Source: a candidate division CPR3 bacterium GWF2_35_18
GTDB taxonomy: Bacteria > Patescibacteriota > CPR3 > GWF2-35-18
Length of the DNA: 64,000 nt
Reading direction: 5' to 3'
Assembly (NCBI GenBank): GCA_001771135.1
Contig: MESW01000008.1
Coordinates: 87,630-151,629 of the forward strand
Position 1 is the stretch's first letter; each line of letters begins with the position of its first letter. The translations under genes were made by a program, and so were the position numbers. This document shows, piece by piece, positions 9,514 through 19,807 of the stretch. The notes beneath the pieces are model-generated. The model made no database searches. It saw nothing but the letters and a program-made list of their open reading frames with translations, and was not told where the DNA came from.

Positions 9514-11487
9514 ATGTTCAGGCGACTTAAAGAATCAAAATGGAATAGATTTATAATCTTATACCTGTTTGCAATTATTTGTTTGATATCCCCTACTCTT
9601 TCTTATGCAAAATTGACTGGGACTACCTATGAGATTGAGGACGAACTTTTTGATAATGGAGGCGGAATGTCAACTGGAACTGCCTATCAATTAGATAATT
9701 CTAGTATTAGCCAATGGGTTCAAGGGAAGTTTACTGGCGGAAGTTATGATGCTCTTGTAGGTCACTGTTACAAAGATGTTACTTTACCTGTTTGTTCTGG
9801 AATGAGTTTTTATTTACCTGATCCAAATAATATTTTGCTGGTGAGAGTGAATTGGGGGGCGACAGATCAAAATAACAACGAGTTTGATACTGGAGTGTAT
9901 GGATATGATGTTGATTATCGTATCGATGGTGGAGCGTGGACTAACCTTTATCCAACAGTTAATAATGCCTATGGCGCAAATACTTCTGCAGATCTGGTTA
10001 TTAACCCCACCAGTACTTATACTTTTAGAGTTTGGGCTTTAGATAATGTGGGAAACGTGAACGTTCTTTGTGGGATGGATAGTGTTCAATTTGGAGCTTT
10101 GTGGTTTCAGGGAGTTGATGGATATGTGCGTGCAGAAAATAATCTCGTCTGTGATATCTCTTCTTTTTCAACCGATGGATATGTTGACTTTGATAGTTCT
10201 GGAGCAGGAGGGTTAAAAGGTGGTATTCCTTCTGCCGGAGGGAATATTGACCAAGGTTATGGAGATTTTTCTTCGCGTGGTAATAACGAAGGATGGAATG
10301 TTTCTCCAAACTATCTAATAGCTGAAACTAATCATTACAACTATGCTTGGTTTTACAGTAATTTGAATGGACAAGAAGCAGCGTTAGTTCCAGATGGTGG
10401 AGATGGGACTGTTAACGCCACTGAGCTAATTAATGCGATAAACAGTACCGTAACTACCAGAATTTTTGCCAGCGATACAGATGCTTTTATCTGGGGTCGT
10501 AGAGGAAGTAGTTATAATAGTTGTCGAAATACGAGTGGCGGTTACAACTCAAGCTCAACAACAAGCAGACTTGGTCAGTACGATGAAACATCGGGGCCAA
10601 TTGCTACTTATAATTGTTATAGATCCTATTTTGAGTTTGATACAGGTAATATTCCTGATGATGCCAGTGTTCTTGACGTGAAATTGGGACTAAAAGTAGC
10701 TACGGATCTTTCGACAGTAGACTTCGATGTACGTATTAATAAATTTGATTGGAATTCTCCTATGTCTGCAGCAAATAGAGAAGCAAATTATGATGCAGCA
10801 GGTACTGTTTTTGATCAAGTTTGGCGTAATACTTCTGGGATAAGCACGGGAGTTTATTATAGTAATACGACATCTCTAGATACAAATTGGATTAATAAAA
10901 CGGGAATAACTTCCTATCAGTTGCGTTCTTCAAGAGATGTTTCAGCGATCATTCCTACTACTGCAGAATTTATTGACCTGATGACGGCAGAAAGTACAGG
11001 GACTACGAACGACCCTTATCTAGATGTTACCTATACAAATACTGGAATTTATTATGTCGATGGAGATTTAAATATTAATGGAAGTATCAATGCCCTTCAA
11101 AATAAAAATGTAATTATTTTTGTAAATGGAGATATTACGTTTAGTTCAAACCCAGTTGTGCACAGTTCCAGTAATTTATCTTTTATTTCAAACGGAGATG
11201 TGACTATTAATAACGCTGTAACGCAGATTGATAATTCTTTGATTTTTACAGATGGAAATTTGGTAACCGCTTCTGCCTCTACAAACGCAAATCAACTTCT
11301 TGTTGATGGAAGTTTAATCAGCAAAGGAATATTAAATTTAAGCCGGAAACGAGATATTTCTATTCAGGAAAACTTAAGTTCTCCTACAGAAAAAGTGACC
11401 TTAAATCCGGATGCATATTTTACATTAGGTCTTAATGAAAATCTGTTGGGAATACCTAGAGTTATATGGGAAGAAGTGACTGAATAA
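9514..11487 (+). CDS. Large secreted protein; C-terminal region with beta-helix-like repeats
   Basis: Signal peptide ...ICLISPTLSYA. Repetitive NGD(I/V)T..N motifs near the C-terminus. Translationally coupled to the preceding gene. Confidence 0.5.
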   Translation: MFRRLKESKWNRFIILYLFAIICLISPTLSYAKLTGTTYEIEDELFDNGGGMSTGTAYQLDNSSISQWVQGKFTGGSYDALVGHCYKDVTLPVCSGMSFYLPDPNNILLVRVNWGATDQNNNEFDTGVYGYDVDYRIDGGAWTNLYPTVNNAYGANTSADLVINPTSTYTFRVWALDNVGNVNVLCGMDSVQFGALWFQGVDGYVRAENNLVCDISSFSTDGYVDFDSSGAGGLKGGIPSAGGNIDQGYGDFSSRGNNEGWNVSPNYLIAETNHYNYAWFYSNLNGQEAALVPDGGDGTVNATELINAINSTVTTRIFASDTDAFIWGRRGSSYNSCRNTSGGYNSSSTTSRLGQYDETSGPIATYNCYRSYFEFDTGNIPDDASVLDVKLGLKVATDLSTVDFDVRINKFDWNSPMSAANREANYDAAGTVFDQVWRNTSGISTGVYYSNTTSLDTNWINKTGITSYQLRSSRDVSAIIPTTAEFIDLMTAESTGTTNDPYLDVTYTNTGIYYVDGDLNINGSINALQNKNVIIFVNGDITFSSNPVVHSSSNLSFISNGDVTINNAVTQIDNSLIFTDGNLVTASASTNANQLLVDGSLISKGILNLSRKRDISIQENLSSPTEKVTLNPDAYFTLGLNENLLGIPRVIWEEVTE

Positions 11488-11572
11488 ATGAAGACAGTGG
11501 TTGACAGTAAATACCAGCTGCTTTACACTGGAATAATTATAGTTTTGATAATAATTTTTCGTAAAGGATAAA

Positions 11573-12613
11573 ATGGCAGATAATTTTTTAGGTCTTGATA
11601 TCGGTTCCAATAATATTAAAATTGTGGAGTTAAAAAGAACAAGTAACGGTTTATTGCTTCAAGCCTATGGGAGTATCGAAACTCCTAAGGGAGCCTCAAA
11701 ATCAGAGTCTCAAGCAGATCTGGAAGAGATTGCTACTGCTACCAGAAAATTGATGAAGGAAATACATGTAACTACAAATAAGGTAGTAGTTGGTCTTCCT
11801 GAATCAGTTGTTTTTACCAGAGTAGTAGAATTACCAGTAATGAGTGATCAAGAATTAAAAACGGCTATGCGTTGGGAAGCAGAACAATTTATTCCAATTC
11901 CTCTAAAAGATGTGAAATATGATTACGAGGTAGTAAAAAGACCTACCAAAGAGTCTAAAGACTCTAAAGATAAAATGAGTGTTTTTTTTGTAGCCGTTCC
12001 GAATACAACGATTGAGAGATATTTAAAGATTATGAAAGTTGCAGCTTTAGAGCCGGTGGCTTTTGAAACAGAACTTTTAGCCTTGGTTCGTTCTTTGTCT
12101 CCAGAAGGAAACGCTTCCCCATCAACTTTAATTATTAATATTGGAGCGGAAACAACAGATTTGTGTATTGTTTCTAAGGGAAATATTGCCTTTACACGTA
12201 GTATTTCTTCCGGTGGAAACGCTCTTTCAAAAGCAATCGCACAAGAGCTAGGTTTTGAGATGACACAGGCAGAAGAGTATAAAAAGAGTTACGGATTACT
12301 TGAAAATGAGCTTGAAGGTAAGATCCAAGAGATTATTAAGCCAATTTTTGATGTAATTGTTGGAGAGGTTGAGAGAGGTTTACTTTTTTATCAAACACAT
12401 CATCCTACTGACTCAGTTAAAAGAATTATTCTTTGTGGTGGGACTGCAAAACTTCCGGGAATTGTGATGTATTTAGCCGGTGCTTTAGACTTAGAAGTAC
12501 AACTTGGCGATCCATGGAATAACGTCAAAAAAGGATCACCAGATTTAGCCAAGAAACTCGAAGAACATGCCCCTTTGTACGCGGTGGCGGTTGGATTGGC
12601 AATGAGAGTTTAG
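11573..12613 (+). CDS. pilM: Type IV pilus assembly ATPase-like protein PilM
   Basis: N-terminus FLGLDIGSNNIKIVEL, actin-like fold signature of PilM. Size matches. Confidence 0.85.
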   Translation: MADNFLGLDIGSNNIKIVELKRTSNGLLLQAYGSIETPKGASKSESQADLEEIATATRKLMKEIHVTTNKVVVGLPESVVFTRVVELPVMSDQELKTAMRWEAEQFIPIPLKDVKYDYEVVKRPTKESKDSKDKMSVFFVAVPNTTIERYLKIMKVAALEPVAFETELLALVRSLSPEGNASPSTLIINIGAETTDLCIVSKGNIAFTRSISSGGNALSKAIAQELGFEMTQAEEYKKSYGLLENELEGKIQEIIKPIFDVIVGEVERGLLFYQTHHPTDSVKRIILCGGTAKLPGIVMYLAGALDLEVQLGDPWNNVKKGSPDLAKKLEEHAPLYAVAVGLAMRV

Positions 12614-12691
12614 GATACTTTCTAACTCCTGTTGCAAAAAAATAGAAAATGAGCATATAATTTAAATATACCTTAAAAATAGGAGTCTTTA

Positions 12692-13291
12692 ATGGCTGTC
12701 AATATCAACCTTCTCCCAGATATAAAGTCTGATGAGAAGAAAAAGAAAAAACTGCTCCAAACGATAAACATCGTTTCTTTGGCAGTCACAGGATTTATCT
12801 TACTCATTGCAATTGGGGTTTTTGTTATTAACCAGATTTTGAACTCAAATCTTAGTGAGATCAATGAAAGTATTTTGGCTCAGGAAAAAATCGTTGATGA
12901 GAATTTAGAGGCAGAAACGGTCTTAGTTGGTCTACAGAGTCGTTTGAGTTCCATTGACTCTATCCTAGTTACTCGAAAAAAATACTCTGTTTTCCTGACC
13001 AATTTTACCAGTTACGTTCCACAATCAATAATAATTAATGATATGACTGTTGGTTCTGATGGTAGTGTTTTAATAAACGGAGAAGCTCCTTCATATGAGA
13101 AGTTGGCGGGATTTGTTTTAGTGCTTTCTGGGGAGAATACTCTCGAGTCTACAGAAGAAGCTACCGTTGACGTTTCTTCAAATTCGATTTATAGCAATGT
13201 TTCTTTGAACTCGGTTTCACGTGGTGATGACGGTGGGAGTGTTCGATTTACAATCAGCTTTACAGCTAAGGAAGGAGCTTTTCATGAATAA
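12692..13291 (+). CDS. pilN: Type IV pilus assembly protein PilN
   Basis: N-terminal INLLP motif followed by a single TM helix. Follows pilM. Confidence 0.75.
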   Translation: MAVNINLLPDIKSDEKKKKKLLQTINIVSLAVTGFILLIAIGVFVINQILNSNLSEINESILAQEKIVDENLEAETVLVGLQSRLSSIDSILVTRKKYSVFLTNFTSYVPQSIIINDMTVGSDGSVLINGEAPSYEKLAGFVLVLSGENTLESTEEATVDVSSNSIYSNVSLNSVSRGDDGGSVRFTISFTAKEGAFHE

Positions 13292-13973
13292 TATACTTTC
13301 AAAAGTTAAAGAGTATCTTATCCTGATTATTTGTGGTTTCATTTCAGTTATTTCGTTAGTCATCATTATTCCAGGAATTCAAAGTATCTTTTCCACTAGA
13401 GAAGAGATGACTGCTAAGGAAAGAACTAGAGATCTTTACGATCAGAAAATTGATATTCTTTCAAGCCAAAATTTACCTGGGATCAAAAAAGATCTGATTA
13501 ATAGCTTATTAGCTTTGCCATCTTCTTATGATTCTCCAAGTCTTTTGAATGCTTTGGAAAAAATAGCCACGGCTTCTGGAGTTTCCATTTCAGGTCTACA
13601 ATTTTCTCAACCTTCTACTGCTGGAGGTGGTGAAGCCGTTACGACTGCGACCAAAAACACTTTTGCTTTATCTACAAACTCTGATTATGCTCATATAATC
13701 GCCTTATTTAGGAATTTTGAAAATACTCTACCATTATTTACAATTGAAAATATCGGGTTGCGTTCTGGAGGAGAAGGATCTGCTGATCTTTCTCTTTCTT
13801 TTGGAATTTCTTCTTATTATCAATCTTTACCAACTACTCTTGGTGATAAAACAACTCCGGTAGCTGATCTTGCAGTTTCTCAAAAAGAACTTCTTACGGC
13901 TTTGGAAGGATATAGTAACTATCCTTTAGTTCCTGATACATCCGGAGTCGGGAAAACGAATCCTTTTAAATAA
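13284..13973 (+). CDS. pilO: Type IV pilus assembly protein PilO-like
   Basis: AAGGAAGGAG RBS. Start overlaps the pilN stop. Single N-terminal TM. Position after pilN. Confidence 0.55.
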   Translation: MNNILSKVKEYLILIICGFISVISLVIIIPGIQSIFSTREEMTAKERTRDLYDQKIDILSSQNLPGIKKDLINSLLALPSSYDSPSLLNALEKIATASGVSISGLQFSQPSTAGGGEAVTTATKNTFALSTNSDYAHIIALFRNFENTLPLFTIENIGLRSGGEGSADLSLSFGISSYYQSLPTTLGDKTTPVADLAVSQKELLTALEGYSNYPLVPDTSGVGKTNPFK

Positions 13974-13998
13974 ACAGAATTTTGATTGTAATAAAAAA

Positions 13999-14030
13999 GG
14001 GTGAGACCTTTTATTAAAAGGTCTCACCCT
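13999..14030. terminator. Bidirectional rho-independent terminator between convergent pilO and KH-protein genes
   Basis: Perfect 14-bp inverted repeat GGGTGAGACCTTTT/AAAAGGTCTCACCC flanked by an A-run (13993-13998) and a T-run (14031-14034). Confidence 0.75.
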
Positions 14031-14050
14031 TTTTACGTTGTACTAATTTA

Positions 14051-14392
14051 TTAGACAGTCGGTTGTTCGGAAGTAATTTCTTGAGAAGGTTTTTCATTAA
14101 CAGGTGTTTCTTCGCTTGGGAAAACCTCTGAAGTATTATTTTCACTTTGGTTTGGGTTTCTTTCGTCAATAAGTTCAAGGCGTACATTTTCGCGATTTTT
14201 TAATCCCGCAGCTTTTAAAATGGTTCTTAAACTGGAAATTGTTTTACCATGTTTTCCGATAATCCTACCCATATCAGTGTTATCGACTTTAATGAAATAA
14301 GTTACCCCAATTTCGTTTTTTTCTTCAGTAATTTCGACACTTTCTTTTTTCTCAACTAAAGATTCAATGATTTGTTCTAAAATTTCTTTCAT
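14051..14392 (-). CDS. KH-domain RNA-binding protein (YlqC/UPF0109-like)
   Basis: IGKHGKTISSLRTIL KH motif. Conserved position downstream of rpsP. Confidence 0.8.
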   Translation of the reverse strand: MKEILEQIIESLVEKKESVEITEEKNEIGVTYFIKVDNTDMGRIIGKHGKTISSLRTILKAAGLKNRENVRLELIDERNPNQSENNTSEVFPSEETPVNEKPSQEITSEQPTV

Positions 14393-14414
14393 AGTTTTAC
14401 CTTTTTAAGAATTA

Positions 14415-14771
14415 CTAATTTTTAGGAGTTTCTTTAGGCTCTTCAGTGGCCTTTTCAGCTTCTGTTTTAGCAGGGGCTACTTCTTTTTTCTCGGCTAATT
14501 TTGCCTGTTTTTCCAAAACTCTTTTATTCTTTGAGTAATCTCTTTTCGGTTTTTCACCCAATAGTCTTTGAACCGTTTCGGAAAGTTGGGCTCCCTTTTC
14601 ACGCCACTGTTTAATTTTTTCGTTATCAAATTTCATCTCTTTAGTTTTAGGGTTAAAAAATCCTAGAATTTCAAGAGCTTTAGTGTTTCTTTTAGTCCTT
14701 GCGGGAACTAAAATAAGTCGATAGTGAGGGTTGTTTTTTGACCCTACTCTAGTAAGTCGAATCTTCAGCAT
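14415..14771 (-). CDS. rpsP: 30S ribosomal protein S16 with Lys-rich C-terminal extension
   Basis: MLKIRLTRVGSKNNPHYRLILV...LGFFNP matches the bS16 N-terminus. Confidence 0.9.
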   Translation of the reverse strand: MLKIRLTRVGSKNNPHYRLILVPARTKRNTKALEILGFFNPKTKEMKFDNEKIKQWREKGAQLSETVQRLLGEKPKRDYSKNKRVLEKQAKLAEKKEVAPAKTEAEKATEEPKETPKN

Positions 14772-14889
14772 ATTAAAAAACCTTTCTTATGTTTATCTTT
14801 CAATTTATATAAAAAACCATAAATGTCACATTTTTAAAATCGGATTATCAAATGAATTGGTGACATCTGATAGATCAACATGAAGTCTA

Positions 14890-14920
14890 TATTATACCCG
14901 AATTAACTTAATTTGCAAAT
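14890..14920 (-). promoter_or_regulatory. Sigma70-type promoter for the rpsP operon
   Basis: On the minus strand TTTGCA-17nt-TATAAT: -35 is the complement of 14914-14919, -10 is the complement of 14891-14896. About 110 nt upstream of the rpsP start. Confidence 0.55.
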
Positions 14921-14942
14921 AAAGCTTCAGGCTCAAAATAAG

Positions 14943-15644
14943 CTAATCTATTGTTCCAGGCCAAGTTGTTAGAGCATCTTTAGCAGCAATTTGTTCAGCT
15001 ATCTGTTTGCTTTTCCCCTCACCAATTCCAATTCGTTTTTTGTTAATAAATACTCCTACTTGAAACCATTTGTTGTGATCTGGCCCTTTTTCATCTAAAA
15101 CGTCATAATGTGGAGTTACATTAACTTTTTCTTGAGTGAGCTCCTGGAGTTCGCTCTTTGGATCTTTATATTCTTGATTAGCGATAATTTCCTCAAGTTC
15201 TGGTAACAAGAATTTATGAACAAATCCTTTCGCATTTTCCAAACCTTGATCCAAATAAATGGCGCCTAGAACAGCTTCAAAAGTATTTCCCAAGATATAA
15301 GGTCTTGTTCTTCCTCCACTTTGCTCTTCTCCCTTAGAAAGTAGTAGATATTTTCCAAAGTCTAGCTCTTTCGAGATTTTACTTAAACTCTTAGAACATA
15401 CTAAGGCCGATCGATATGCAGTTAGCACCCCTTCTTCTTTATCGGGAAATGTTTCATAGAGGTATTGGGAAACGATAAATTCCAGAACGGCATCACCCAA
15501 AAACTCTAATCGTTCGTTTGATCCCCCATTGTAATCTTTGTGTTCATTCAGATAAGAACGGTGCACAAAAGCATTGTGGATTAACTGGATATTTTTAAAT
15601 TTAATTTTTATTTGTTTCTCTAGGGGTGAAAAATCTTCTTTCAT
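14943..15644 (-). CDS. rnc: Ribonuclease III
   Basis: ERLEFLGDAVLE catalytic signature. C-terminal dsRBD (GEGKSKQIAEQIAAKDAL). Start chosen at MKEDFSPLEK by alignment logic. The ORF extends to 15683. Confidence 0.85.
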   Translation of the reverse strand: MKEDFSPLEKQIKIKFKNIQLIHNAFVHRSYLNEHKDYNGGSNERLEFLGDAVLEFIVSQYLYETFPDKEEGVLTAYRSALVCSKSLSKISKELDFGKYLLLSKGEEQSGGRTRPYILGNTFEAVLGAIYLDQGLENAKGFVHKFLLPELEEIIANQEYKDPKSELQELTQEKVNVTPHYDVLDEKGPDHNKWFQVGVFINKKRIGIGEGKSKQIAEQIAAKDALTTWPGTID

Positions 15645-15719
15645 AAAATTTTTTAAAAATTCTAATTTTAAAATACTAAACATTTTTCGAATTTTATTAA
15701 TATGTTTAGAGTTTAAAAA

Positions 15720-16172
15720 TCAGGATTTCGAATCTCCTTTTTCAACATTTTTTAAATGTTCTATATTTTTTAAAATAGTTCCTAAAACTCCATTAATAAA
15801 TTTACTTGAGGTATCGCCACTAAATTCCTTTGAGAGCTCTACTGCTTCATCAATTGAGACTTTGTTGGGAATTCCTTTTATATATTGTAATTCGGCACTA
15901 GCGATACGTAGAATCGTTAGGTCAATTTTTGATATTTGCGATATTGGCCAAGCTGGGGCTGCAACTTCTATTTGCAAATCAATTTTTTCTCTATTACTCA
16001 CAACATTACTTATTATTTCAGATAACAAGTTAAAATCTAGCTTATTATTATCAGTTTCTTTGATAATTCGATTAGCAATATCTTGAGGATTAGAGGAATG
16101 CATACTCCATTCAAACAAAGTTTGAAGAGCAATCTGTCTAGCACAGTGTCGAGGATCGGTTTTAGTTTTCAT
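15720..16172 (-). CDS. nusB: Transcription antitermination factor NusB
   Basis: [16 protein letters not shown]-terminal NusB signature. Size 150 aa. Confidence 0.8.
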   Translation of the reverse strand: MKTKTDPRHCARQIALQTLFEWSMHSSNPQDIANRIIKETDNNKLDFNLLSEIISNVVSNREKIDLQIEVAAPAWPISQISKIDLTILRIASAELQYIKGIPNKVSIDEAVELSKEFSGDTSSKFINGVLGTILKNIEHLKNVEKGDSKS

Positions 16173-16223
16173 ATTGCCTAGCGTTTAGCTTTACTACATT
16201 TTAAAGCTACTTGCTAATGAAGC

Positions 16224-16427
16224 CTATACTCTGGTAACTTTAGTTTCGGCTTCTTTTTTAATCACTTCTTTTCCCTTATAAAAACCACAATAAGGACATA
16301 CGATATGGGGTAGTATTTTTTTACTGCAGTTTGAACATTTTACTAATTCTGGAATTTTAACTCTCAGAGCCCCTTTTCTTTTACGGCTACGGGTTTTCGC
16401 CATTTTTTTCTTTGGTAGTGCTGCCAT
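16224..16427 (-). CDS. rpmF: 50S ribosomal protein L32
   Basis: MAALPKKKMAKTRSRKRKG...CSNC...CPYCGFYKGKEV: bL32 with a zinc ribbon. Confidence 0.8.
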   Translation of the reverse strand: MAALPKKKMAKTRSRKRKGALRVKIPELVKCSNCSKKILPHIVCPYCGFYKGKEVIKKEAETKVTRV

Positions 16428-16528
16428 AGTATTAGTTTTAAATTATTAAATCTTCTTTCTTAACGATTACTTAGTATACCGGCTCTAGTGTGCTTTTGTC
16501 AATCATTAGGAAGGTATTCTTTCACATT

Positions 16529-17068
16529 CTAATTCTGTAAGATAGTGATAAAACCAAAACTCAGTTTCGTTTGTGAGAGAGTTCTAAAAGGATAGAATGA
16601 GTTGGTAAAGGGTCTTATTAGTCGCAGTACAATAATACCGTGGATATTCATTTTGTTAATAAGCGCACGAATTACAGAAGGTGTTTGGGTGTAGGTAGAA
16701 TCAGGATCAATAAAGACAAAATCGTATTTTTGATAATTCTCTGTTATGTACGAAAGTACATCCTCTTTTTTCAAAGAACCTTTTCCTAAAAAGTAGCTAT
16801 GATTTAGATTGTGAGTTATGGCTTCAATGGAATACGGATGTTTATCAACAAAATCAACATGCTTTGCTCCAAGACTTAGAGCTTCTATTCCTAAAGCTCC
16901 TGTTCCCGCAAAAAGATCCAAACCAATTTTATCTTTGAAATCAAAATGGGTGTTTTTTTCAACGAGTTCAAATATTTGTTGTCTATTACAGGATAAAGTT
17001 GTTGAGAAATCAGGAATGAGAGGTTTTCGTAAAGAATGTCCTTTAGCTTTTCCGTGGGCAATTTTCAT
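16529..17068 (-). CDS. rsmD: 16S rRNA (guanine-N2)-methyltransferase RsmD-like
   Basis: LDLFAGTGALGIEALSLGAKHVDFVD SAM-binding motif and a DPPY-like FIDPD motif. Confidence 0.7.
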   Translation of the reverse strand: MKIAHGKAKGHSLRKPLIPDFSTTLSCNRQQIFELVEKNTHFDFKDKIGLDLFAGTGALGIEALSLGAKHVDFVDKHPYSIEAITHNLNHSYFLGKGSLKKEDVLSYITENYQKYDFVFIDPDSTYTQTPSVIRALINKMNIHGIIVLRLIRPFTNSFYPFRTLSQTKLSFGFITILQN

Positions 17069-17095
17069 ATATCCAACCTTTTTAAGACTATCAAA

Positions 17096-19174
17096 TTAAT
17101 TTGGAGAGATATCTTTTGCTTTGATATTATTTAGTTTATCACGAAGATTAGGATATTGGTCAAGTTTCGGATCCTGCTTCCAGATTTTTAGGGCAATAGC
17201 TTTTGTCTTTTTAATTAACTCGTAATCTGTTAAAGATGCTACTTTAAGGTTTGGAAGTCCATGTTGTTTCAATCCAAAAACTTCTCCGGGACCACGCAGA
17301 TTCAGGTCTATTTCCGAGAGTTTTATTCCCAAATACTCTTTTTCTAGATAAAAAAGGCGGTTAATTACTTGAGGATTATTTGAATCTGAAAAAAGAAAGC
17401 AGTACGACTCAATATCATTTCGTCCGATTCTTCCCCTCAACTGATGTAATTGAGCTAGCCCAAAACGATCAGCATGTTCAATGATCATAATCGTTGCATC
17501 AGGAATATCAATTCCAACCTCAACAACGGAAGTGGATATTAAAATTTGGATCTGTTTACCTTTGAATTTATTAATTATTTCTTCTTTTTCCTTACTTTTG
17601 AGCCTACCGTGTAGGAGTCCAATTTTCAGCTTTTGAAAACGTTTTTGTAGCTTTTCATATTCTGTCGTTGCAGCTCTGATATCTTTCATGGTTTCTGACT
17701 CTGACTCTTCAATCAGGGGATAGACAATAAAAGCCTGTTTTTTATAACCTGATTTTACAATTTCGTCTTCAATCCAGTTATAAGCTTTTTGTCTTTTTTC
17801 TTGGGGTGTAAAAAATGTTTTGATTTTTTTTCGCCCTTTTGGCATTTCATCAATAATTGATAGTTCTAGATCGCCATAAAAAGTGAGAGCCAGAGATCTT
17901 GGAATTGGGGTTGCCGTCATCGTAAGTACATGTGGAACTTCAGCGGCAATTTTTTCAGCCAAGAAAGTCCTCTGTTCTACTCCAAAACGATGTTGTTCAT
18001 CGATGATAATCAATCCGGGATTCTTATAAAGATTCTTTTTATAAAGCAAAGCATGAGTTCCAATAAAAATATTCGTTTTTTTAAAACTTTCATTCTTTAT
18101 TTTTTTACTCCCGGTAAGTAAGCTTGTCATAATTCCAAAAGGTTCTAATAATTTAGTTATAGTAAGATAGTGTTGCTGTGCCAAAATTTCCGTCGGAGCC
18201 ATAAAGATGGTCTGATATCCATTCAAAAAAGTAACGTAAGCCGCAATACAAGCTACGACAGTTTTTCCTGAACCAACATCGCCTTCGAGTAAACGGTTCA
18301 TCGGTTTTGTAGAAATAATATCCGTAAATATTTCTTTGATCACTCTCTGTTGAGCTTGAGTGAGTTTAAATGGTAAACTTGCAATTAATTTTGCAACTTT
18401 ATTATTATCAATCTGAAAGGGTTGTTGTCTTACTTTACTTTGCCATTCTGATTTTTTGTAAAAATTAAGAAGCTGAAGCATAAAGAGCTCTTCAAAAGCA
18501 AAGCGTTTTGCCGCATTTTTTGCCTCTTCTAGTCTATCTGGAAAATGGATTTTTCCCAAAGCTTCATTTAACTCAATTAAATTTTCGGTTTTTAATATAT
18601 CAGAAGGCAAGAACTCTTTTTGTTTATAAGTTTTTAAAGCAATTGAGATCCTTGATCTTAACCATTTTGATGAAAGTGAAGCTGTTTCAGGATAGACTGG
18701 AACTAGTCTGCCAGTATGAATGGTGTGTACTAGATCTTGATTTTTTTCTTTAATAATTTCGTATTCCGGTGAGATTAAAGTTTTCTGATAATTAAATAGA
18801 TCAATTTTTCCCGAAAAAGAAACGGTCATTCCTTTTTTTAAGGTTCGAGTCAAGAAATGTTGATTAAACCAAATTGCTCTTAAATTCCCATATTGATCTG
18901 AAACTATAGCTTCCGTGAGTCTTTTACGATTTTTGGTATAAATATTTTTAATATTGGTAATCGTTCCGATTACGGTTACGGTTTCCCCCATTTTGGCGCT
19001 AAAAGTATTTAAAACATTACTAAAATCGTTATAACGGGTTGGAAAGTGATAAAGAAGATCTGAGATAGTAAGGATTTCTAATTTAGCGAGTCTCTTTTGA
19101 TAAGATGGCCCTACTAAGGGAATTTTCGAAACCGATGATAAAGTCTCTAACATACAATTCTCACTATTGATCAA
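17096..19174 (-). CDS. recG: ATP-dependent DNA helicase RecG
   Basis: LLEGDVGSGKTVVA Walker A in RecG context. DEQHRFG motif II. Wedge-domain N-terminus. 692 aa. Confidence 0.9.
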   Translation of the reverse strand: MINSENCMLETLSSVSKIPLVGPSYQKRLAKLEILTISDLLYHFPTRYNDFSNVLNTFSAKMGETVTVIGTITNIKNIYTKNRKRLTEAIVSDQYGNLRAIWFNQHFLTRTLKKGMTVSFSGKIDLFNYQKTLISPEYEIIKEKNQDLVHTIHTGRLVPVYPETASLSSKWLRSRISIALKTYKQKEFLPSDILKTENLIELNEALGKIHFPDRLEEAKNAAKRFAFEELFMLQLLNFYKKSEWQSKVRQQPFQIDNNKVAKLIASLPFKLTQAQQRVIKEIFTDIISTKPMNRLLEGDVGSGKTVVACIAAYVTFLNGYQTIFMAPTEILAQQHYLTITKLLEPFGIMTSLLTGSKKIKNESFKKTNIFIGTHALLYKKNLYKNPGLIIIDEQHRFGVEQRTFLAEKIAAEVPHVLTMTATPIPRSLALTFYGDLELSIIDEMPKGRKKIKTFFTPQEKRQKAYNWIEDEIVKSGYKKQAFIVYPLIEESESETMKDIRAATTEYEKLQKRFQKLKIGLLHGRLKSKEKEEIINKFKGKQIQILISTSVVEVGIDIPDATIMIIEHADRFGLAQLHQLRGRIGRNDIESYCFLFSDSNNPQVINRLFYLEKEYLGIKLSEIDLNLRGPGEVFGLKQHGLPNLKVASLTDYELIKKTKAIALKIWKQDPKLDQYPNLRDKLNNIKAKDISPN

Positions 19175-19308
19175 GCGATAATTAACTAAAAATCAGTGGA
19201 AGTAACGAAGCCGCGATCAAACTGACTGTGGAGATTGCGGTAATAATTACCCAAACTTTTTTATGTTTACGAAAAAAATCCATAATGTTTCAATCTATAA
19301 ATACTAAA

Positions 19309-19791
19309 TTATAACTTGTATCCGATTTCCCGTAAAAATTCTTTTCTTTTTTTAACATCTTTTTCATTTTCAATTCCCTGAGATTTTCCGCCATCAATCA
19401 CACCCATAATTCCCCTACCCAGCTTCGTTTCTGTGATAATAACTTCTACCGGATTGGCGGTGGCGCAGAAAATATGAACGACTTCCGGAATTTCTTTGAT
19501 GCGTGGTAAGACATTAATGGGAAAAGAATCTTTTAGAAAAATAATAAAGCTATGTCCGCAGGAAAGCGTTTTCATATTTTCGATTGAAAGATCAGTAAGC
19601 TTTTGATCCGTTCCGCTGTAACGAATTAAACATGGTCCTGATGCTTCGGCAAAGGCTAATCCAAACTTAATCCCTGGGATACAGTTAACGAGGGTTTCAT
19701 GTAGATCCTCAACCGTTTTAATAAAATGTGATTGTCCCAAAATAAGGTTTAAAGAATTTGGATTTTTGATTTTAACAAGTTGAAGATCCAT
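19309..19791 (-). CDS. Hypothetical protein (about 160 aa; possibly DUF355/adenosine-specific-kinase-like)
   Basis: Clean ORF between recG and tyrS. The family assignment is weak recall only. Confidence 0.4.
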   Translation of the reverse strand: MDLQLVKIKNPNSLNLILGQSHFIKTVEDLHETLVNCIPGIKFGLAFAEASGPCLIRYSGTDQKLTDLSIENMKTLSCGHSFIIFLKDSFPINVLPRIKEIPEVVHIFCATANPVEVIITETKLGRGIMGVIDGGKSQGIENEKDVKKRKEFLREIGYKL

Positions 19792-19807
19792 AGTATCTCC
19801 TTCAAGA

